A DNA stretch of 64,000 nucleotides from NCBI GenBank assembly GCA_910576925.1, contig CAJTKB010000005.1, positions 3,139 through 67,138 of the forward strand, in the 5' to 3' direction. The notes under the pieces are model-generated. The model was given only the letters and a program-made list of their open reading frames with translations. It ran no database searches and was not told the origin of the DNA. The position numbers and the translations under genes were made by a program. This DNA is from an uncultured Bacilli bacterium (lineage in GTDB: Bacteria > Bacillota_I > Bacilli_A > RF39 > UBA660). Positions 58,370 through 64,000 of this stretch are shown piece by piece; position 1 is the stretch's first letter; every line of letters begins with the position of its first letter.

Positions 58370-59218
58370 TCAATGTATCAATGTATATGTTTTTCTATAT
58401 ATATTTTCTGGTCCATTATCAGTATAAGAATATTGAAAAAATTCTAATTCAACATTGCCATACCTTTTCTTTGATTCCATCACCATAAACCCAGGAATAA
58501 AATCTTCAATTCCACACGGATTTTCATCACAAGAAGCTGGCAAGTAGACTTTGCCCTTCTTAAATTTAGACCTATGAGAATGACCTAATATCCTTAATGA
58601 TGGGCTTTTATCAACAAATGAGTCCATTTTACAATTATGTTCAAGGGAAATAAACTTGTCATATACTTTAAAATAAGCTTTACTATAACCTAGACTATGA
58701 ATATTAGATGAAAGATTCGATAGTTTAGTTAAAATATCTATTTCATAAAACATTTTATATTTTTCATCATGATTACCTCCTAAAAGATATTGTGATGTAT
58801 TTTCAAATACTGGATATGTTTTTAAAATATATTCTATTTGCCTACTACAATTTTGTTCTTTTCTGTTTTTAACCATACCATCACATATATCGCCACAATG
58901 AAATAATAGTGAAATTTTTTCTTTTAATATAAAATCCTTAAATTGTTCTAAATATTCTATATTTTCTTCTCTACTCCCAATATGAGTATCTGCTAGAAAT
59001 ACAACCTTATTGTCAAATAAGTTAATAAAATAAAAATTCTCTTTATAATCATTCATCATATCTCTATACAGCCATACATCACTATTTCTTATATTACTGT
59101 TGTATAAGGCCTTTTCATATAATTTAACTAACATCATTTTATCCATACCACTAACTTTTAATATTTTTTCAAAAGATAAACCTTCTAACTTTAAATCAAT
59201 TAACATTTCCTCTGACAT
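58370..59218 (-). CDS. Metallophosphoesterase (calcineurin-like)
   Basis: VVFLADTHIG, FHCGDICDG, GGNHD and ILGHSH metal-binding motifs. Confidence 0.75.
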   Translation of the reverse strand: MSEEMLIDLKLEGLSFEKILKVSGMDKMMLVKLYEKALYNSNIRNSDVWLYRDMMNDYKENFYFINLFDNKVVFLADTHIGSREENIEYLEQFKDFILKEKISLLFHCGDICDGMVKNRKEQNCSRQIEYILKTYPVFENTSQYLLGGNHDEKYKMFYEIDILTKLSNLSSNIHSLGYSKAYFKVYDKFISLEHNCKMDSFVDKSPSLRILGHSHRSKFKKGKVYLPASCDENPCGIEDFIPGFMVMESKKRYGNVELEFFQYSYTDNGPENIYRKTYTLIH

Positions 59219-59319
59219 CTTATTGCCCCCCCAAACCGAATTTATAAAAATTATAGCATCTTTTTTTATTTTATACTAGCTAAATAAAAAAGTAAAATGA
59301 TTGTAATAAAATACTCATT

Positions 59320-60180
59320 TTACTTTTCATCAACTTCTACTGAATAAAAATAATATTTATTATTATCTAATCTAAAAGTATATTTATACTTTGTAAGTTT
59401 ATTATAATCAATTATCTTTTTTACTTGCTCTAAACTTTCAGAAAATGTACCTATAATCTCATCTGTATCCATATTCCTTTTTACTATAATCTTTCCAGTA
59501 TTTTGATAAACTCCTTCATCAAGAAGCTCCTTTTCTTCTTCATAATATCCTACTCTTGCAATAATTTCTATTCTATCACTATACTTATATGCTTCTATAA
59601 TTTTATCAAAATAATCATCATTACCATCTTTTGTAATTTTACAATTAGAATCAGTATTTACTGTATAGTTACTTAAAGTAGAATTATACTTAACAATAGA
59701 ACACTGAGTTTGAAAAGTTCTATTTTTATAAGTAGTATTATTACCTACAATATCTTTATACTTATCTTCTAATATACTAGCACTAAAACTATTAGAATCA
59801 GTTAAAACTAACTTAGATAGCGCCATCTCCTTTATAAAAGCTTCATCCATATATCTAGCAAATACCTTATCATAACTATAAAAATAATAATGTCTTAAAG
59901 CATTATAGCTACGACCAAGTTCAACATTTTTATAAAGACTAGTAACAAGAGTATCAGTAATTTTTAATTTTTCTCTATCTTCAACATCATCTATTTCCTC
60001 TACAGTATCATTATTATTAGTATTATTTCCATTAGGTGAAATTTTTATAACTCCAGTCAAAAAAAGAGAATAAATAAGAAAAGCCAAAACTGAGACTAAT
60101 AAAATATTACTTATAAATCTATCCTTATGAACTTTTTCTTCCTGCTTGCTTTTATTCTCTTTTTTCTTAGCATGTCCCAT
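59320..60180 (-). CDS. N-terminally anchored hypothetical protein
   Basis: 286 aa with one TM following a basic N-terminus. Confidence 0.5.
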   Translation of the reverse strand: MGHAKKKENKSKQEEKVHKDRFISNILLVSVLAFLIYSLFLTGVIKISPNGNNTNNNDTVEEIDDVEDREKLKITDTLVTSLYKNVELGRSYNALRHYYFYSYDKVFARYMDEAFIKEMALSKLVLTDSNSFSASILEDKYKDIVGNNTTYKNRTFQTQCSIVKYNSTLSNYTVNTDSNCKITKDGNDDYFDKIIEAYKYSDRIEIIARVGYYEEEKELLDEGVYQNTGKIIVKRNMDTDEIIGTFSESLEQVKKIIDYNKLTKYKYTFRLDNNKYYFYSVEVDEK

Positions 60181-60201
60181 AAAAATCGCTCCTTAAATTA
60201 A

Positions 60202-61077
60202 CTAATTTTCATCTACTAATTTTTTCAAATAATTACCATAGGCATTTTTACTAAGTAATTCTGCTCTAATTCTTAACTCATCCTTACTTATCCAGGAATT
60301 TCTATATGCAATAGCTTCAGGACAACAAATAATTTCATCTTTATTATTTTGTATAGACCTAATCATCAAAATAGCATCTACTTCACTATCAAACGTTCCT
60401 GTATCATACCAAGTAAAACCTTCTCCTAACATACTAGCTTTCAAAAGTCCATCATTAAGATACATCTCATTTAATGTAGTAATCTCAATTTCTCCTCTTT
60501 TAGAAGGCCTAACCTTTTTTGCTTTTAAACTTACACCCTTAGGATAAAAATATAAACCAGTAACAGCATACTTACTCTTAGGAATCTCAGGCTTTTCTTC
60601 TATGCTTAATACATTCTTATCTTTATCTATTTCCATTATACCAAATCTTTCAGGATCTTTTACCTTATATCCAAATATTGTAGCATACCCATTATCAGCA
60701 TTCTCACGAGCACGAAGAAGCTTTTTACTAAATTTGTCACCATAAAAGATATTGTCTCCAAGTATCATACAACAACTATCATCACCTATAAACTCTTCTC
60801 CTACTATAAATGCATCAGCAAGTCCTCTAGGACTTTCTTGAACAGCATAGCTAATATTAATTCCTAAATGTTTTCCATCTTTTAAAAGTCTCTTAAAATT
60901 TTCTTGATCAACTTCAGTTGTTATTATTAAAATATCCCTTATTCCAGCATTCATCAAAGTTGAAAGTGGATAAAATATCATTGGTTTGTCATATATTGGC
61001 ATTAACTGTTTACTAATACCTTCCGTTATTGGATATAATCTTGTTCCTGTTCCCCCTGCTAAAATAATTCCCTTCAT
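60202..61077 (-). CDS. rfbA: Glucose-1-phosphate thymidylyltransferase
   Basis: MKGIILAGGTGTRLYPIT, the canonical N-terminus. 291 aa. Confidence 0.9.
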   Translation of the reverse strand: MKGIILAGGTGTRLYPITEGISKQLMPIYDKPMIFYPLSTLMNAGIRDILIITTEVDQENFKRLLKDGKHLGINISYAVQESPRGLADAFIVGEEFIGDDSCCMILGDNIFYGDKFSKKLLRARENADNGYATIFGYKVKDPERFGIMEIDKDKNVLSIEEKPEIPKSKYAVTGLYFYPKGVSLKAKKVRPSKRGEIEITTLNEMYLNDGLLKASMLGEGFTWYDTGTFDSEVDAILMIRSIQNNKDEIICCPEAIAYRNSWISKDELRIRAELLSKNAYGNYLKKLVDEN

Positions 61078-61078
61078 T

Positions 61079-61933
61079 CTAATACCTCCTAAAAAGACAT
61101 CTTATATATAATATTATTAAACTAAATTTATTTGTAAGCCATAGTAACATAAGTTGAAATTTATTAGCTTCTAAGTATTCTTTAACATAATACTTTTGAC
61201 TTTCCTTTAGAATTTTATACTTATTCACCCTTTTAAAAGATTTGTCAATACTAACAGAATGATTATGAATAATTGAAACTTTATTATCTACTACAGTCTT
61301 ATATTTAGTATTACTTACCTTTTTTGCAAGTATATTCTCTTCATAATATAAAAATGTATTAATGTCAAAATAATCAATTTCTTCTAAAACATTACTACTT
61401 ACTAGAAAAAAACACCCTGATACTACGTCAACATAAGAGATTTCTTTCTCATAATGACTATCATCATAATATAAATATTTTTTCTTAAAATACTTATGAA
61501 CAACTGGCAAACTATACAAAATTTCTTTCCATACATTTGAAAGAAGCCAACCTCTATTAATTTCACCACACTGCTCTATTACTGGTCCAACTATTCCTAT
61601 ATCGCCAATAATATCTGATGAAAGCCTAATCAAATCTTTTTCACTCTTTATTATTATATCAGAATTAGAAAAAATAATATTACATTTTCCAAATTTTTTT
61701 ATAACATATTTTGCACCAAAATTAAGACCTGCAGAAAAATTTCTACTTTCAGTATTTCTAATTATCTGAATTTTATTAGTAGCTAACTTCTTCAAACATT
61801 CATATGAACCATCACTTGAATTATTATCAACTACTATAATGCCATTTAAACACTTATAATCTTTAATATTATCAATTAAATCTTTAGTTGTCTTATAGTC
61901 ATTATAATTAACAATTACCATTACAAGCTTCAT
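61079..61933 (-). CDS. Family 2 glycosyltransferase
   Basis: VIVNYNDYKTTKDLIDNI...IIVVDNNSSDGS. Confidence 0.7.
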   Translation of the reverse strand: MKLVMVIVNYNDYKTTKDLIDNIKDYKCLNGIIVVDNNSSDGSYECLKKLATNKIQIIRNTESRNFSAGLNFGAKYVIKKFGKCNIIFSNSDIIIKSEKDLIRLSSDIIGDIGIVGPVIEQCGEINRGWLLSNVWKEILYSLPVVHKYFKKKYLYYDDSHYEKEISYVDVVSGCFFLVSSNVLEEIDYFDINTFLYYEENILAKKVSNTKYKTVVDNKVSIIHNHSVSIDKSFKRVNKYKILKESQKYYVKEYLEANKFQLMLLWLTNKFSLIILYIRCLFRRY

Positions 61934-62637
61934 TTAATCAACTACTTTCATTATCTTAATTATAAATCATATTTAATATTAAAGCAAACAATATAAGAAT
62001 ACAAAAAATCTGAATACAAGAAAAGAAAAAATTAACTATTAATCTCTTCTTTTAATAAAAAGTACATCAAATTGCTTATCATTATCAATAAATTAAAATC
62101 GTATATTCATCTCTCTCAATAACATCACAGTCTTTTATTTTTCCTCATAAATATTTATGTTGTATCACTACACAAGAAGCTAAACATTTCTTATTTTTAC
62201 ATAACATTTACATCTTTACATAAAATTTTAATCATTATTATAATTGTTATTTTACTTAAATCACTTTTATTATACCATTAAATACAAATCTGAGATTTTT
62301 TAATAAACAAAAGTTTTTAAATATTATAAAAAGTTTATTAAGACCCTTATTAACTTTTAGAATTATATTATTAATGTATTCGATTATGAATTGTCTAATG
62401 GGATTGTTGAGGGCACTAATAATAATATTAAGGAATTTAAACATAATACATGTGATTATAGAAGATTTTCCTATCTAAAAATTACAATTATATTGATTAA
62501 AAGAATTCATAAATCTATTATGATATAAGAAAAGAGAACTATATTGAGCCCTCCATTTCAGTTCATTTATCACTAATTCTTACTACACTAGCACTATTTG
62601 ACATTGAATGCCTCACATTAATACTTTTTTATAAAAT

Positions 62638-64000
62638 TTAATACTGCATAGAAAATCTATATGGTTTCTCTATACTACCATCACCATCTATTATTCCTAC
62701 ACTTGGATTTAAATAAACAGCTGGCTTAACAACAGCATTTTGATTCTGTGCACCACATACCACATTTCCACCACAACCTATCACTCTTTGAGTATCAAGA
62801 ATTAGAGGAATTGTACTTTCATTCTGTATACTAATTGTCCAAGTTGGAGTAATTGTGCCACCTGTGGTTCTTGTATCAATACTAGCAAAATCAGTTACAA
62901 AAAACCAGTCATCTTCATATGAAGAACTAGATAATTCAAGATACTCACTTGCATAAACTAATCCTACGTTACCCTTCCAATTACTTCTAGTAGATCTTTC
63001 TCTAACATATACATCCAATTCTGGGTTTAGATCAAGCATTCCCAAATACCAAATAGAAGGCATTATCATCTCTTTAGCTTCTTTCTTTAGTCCGTAATCT
63101 TTATATTTACCTGTTCTTGTATAATAATCACCTACATTTAAAAGATTCATTAGTGATGATTTAGACCAGTCAGCTTTATTATCACTATCAAAAGGAAGTT
63201 CTTCTATTCCTGTATTTCTAACCAATTTAATACTATTTTTAAAAATTCCTGATCCATCATCTACTCCAAAAACTCCTAGAATTCTCCATAACTCATCATT
63301 AAACTCTACATAGTTATTTGGAGTAGATCCTATATACACATAATCAACTAATTCTGGGGTTTGATCAGTAGAAGGTTGATTATTCACATACATTTCCTTT
63401 GGATCACCAAAAGTATTAAAACTAGGCATATTGGAATCATTAGCCTTATCTATTAAAATTTCTACTGCCGTTTTTATGTTTTTTACTGTTATTGTCAAAC
63501 TTGCTGTTAATCCATTTACTGTTGTTGCTATTATTGTTGCTTCTCCTTCTCCTACCCCTGTTATCTTTCCCATTTGATCTACTTCTGCAACTGAAGGATT
63601 ACTACTTGTCCATATAATTGTTTTATCTCTAGCATTTGGTGGTGTTACTGTTATTATAGGTGTATGTGTAGCTCCTACTTTTATAGTTACATTACCACTT
63701 AAAACTATATCAGAAATTTCTGGATTTTTTACTACTATATTAGCTACTGCGCTATAACCATTTACTGTTGTTACTGTTACTTGAGCAGTTCCTACTCCTA
63801 CACCTGTTATTTCTCCATTATTTACTGTTACTATACTTTCATCACTGCTTACCCAACTAAGTATTCTATCTTCTGAGCTTTCTGGTGTTATTGTTGCTAT
63901 TAATCTTGTGATATCACCTGTTACTATCTCTGCTGTTACTTTATCCAAAATCACTCCTTCTGATACTGAATCCCTTACTGTCACGTCTACTTCTTTTATT
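62638..64000 (-). CDS. Surface protein with tandem Big_2 Ig-like domains plus a C-terminal copy of the repeated-domain family (member D; N-terminus beyond the window end)
   Basis: The frame stays open to position 64000 (…IKEVDVTVRDSV…). Big_2-type repeats (ITGVGVGTAQVTVTTVNG, ITGVGEGEATIIATTVNG). Then NYVEFNDELWRILGV … IDGDGSIEKPYRFSMQY. Confidence 0.7.
   Translation of the reverse strand, partial: IKEVDVTVRDSVSEGVILDKVTAEIVTGDITRLIATITPESSEDRILSWVSSDESIVTVNNGEITGVGVGTAQVTVTTVNGYSAVANIVVKNPEISDIVLSGNVTIKVGATHTPIITVTPPNARDKTIIWTSSNPSVAEVDQMGKITGVGEGEATIIATTVNGLTASLTITVKNIKTAVEILIDKANDSNMPSFNTFGDPKEMYVNNQPSTDQTPELVDYVYIGSTPNNYVEFNDELWRILGVFGVDDGSGIFKNSIKLVRNTGIEELPFDSDNKADWSKSSLMNLLNVGDYYTRTGKYKDYGLKKEAKEMIMPSIWYLGMLDLNPELDVYVRERSTRSNWKGNVGLVYASEYLELSSSSYEDDWFFVTDFASIDTRTTGGTITPTWTISIQNESTIPLILDTQRVIGCGGNVVCGAQNQNAVVKPAVYLNPSVGIIDGDGSIEKPYRFSMQY

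Noticed and set aside
62256-62444. 62-aa minus-strand ORF in the long intergenic region
   Set aside because: Ile/Asn/Lys-rich with no RBS. Most likely a chance ORF in AT-rich DNA.
1-64000. Searched for CRISPR repeats, tRNA/rRNA genes, relaxase, integrase/recombinase, prepilin peptidase and an EssC-type ATPase
   Set aside because: No regularly spaced direct repeats and no GC-rich structured RNA candidates in the intergenic gaps. None of the listed protein families was recognisable among the ORF translations. Absence is from by-eye inspection only.

Overview
This is a very AT-rich, low-GC Firmicutes (Clostridia-like) chromosomal segment. Almost every gene is on the minus strand. No rRNA, tRNA or CRISPR array is visible.

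Conserved housekeeping genes sit at both ends and through 36-64 kb:
- LtaS-family synthase (partial), family-2 glycosyltransferase, trpS, rmuC, a rhodanese-domain protein
- SDR, a histidine kinase / OmpR-type two-component pair, murC, an NlpC/P60 peptidase
- O-methyltransferase, mltG, a DUF1292 protein, ruvX, an IreB-family protein, a rhomboid protease
- pyruvate:ferredoxin oxidoreductase, greA, an HD-domain dGTPase, two U32 peptidases, a metallophosphoesterase, rfbA, a second family-2 glycosyltransferase

Between about 7.0 and 34.2 kb lies a co-oriented accessory island of roughly 27 kb. It encodes:
- a conjugation-type type IV secretion set: VirD4-like coupling protein, a bifunctional GH73 + cysteine-peptidase cell-wall hydrolase, a VirB4 ATPase split across two overlapping ORFs, VirB3-like, VirB6-like, and two VirB2-topology small proteins
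- fused directly to it, a Tad/Cpa-like module: a TadZ-like deviant ParA, two N-terminally anchored paralogs, an unannotated 52-aa pilin-like ORF, TadC-like, TadB-like, a CpaF/VirB11-family ATPase and a CpaB-like protein
- an 1135-aa extremely Cys-rich secreted protein, a class B sortase with no recognisable substrate nearby, and a divergently transcribed thioredoxin-fold lipoprotein

No relaxase, integrase or prepilin peptidase is visible in the window.

Other points:
- A repeated roughly 190-aa extracellular domain occurs in four genes in the window (six domain copies). It starts with a motif like NYV-F-LWRV and ends with G-x-G-T-x-x-x-P-Y. One copy is in the island and three are scattered outside it.
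- An SGNH-type hydrolase gene near 54.6 kb is frameshifted in an A7 homopolymer tract.
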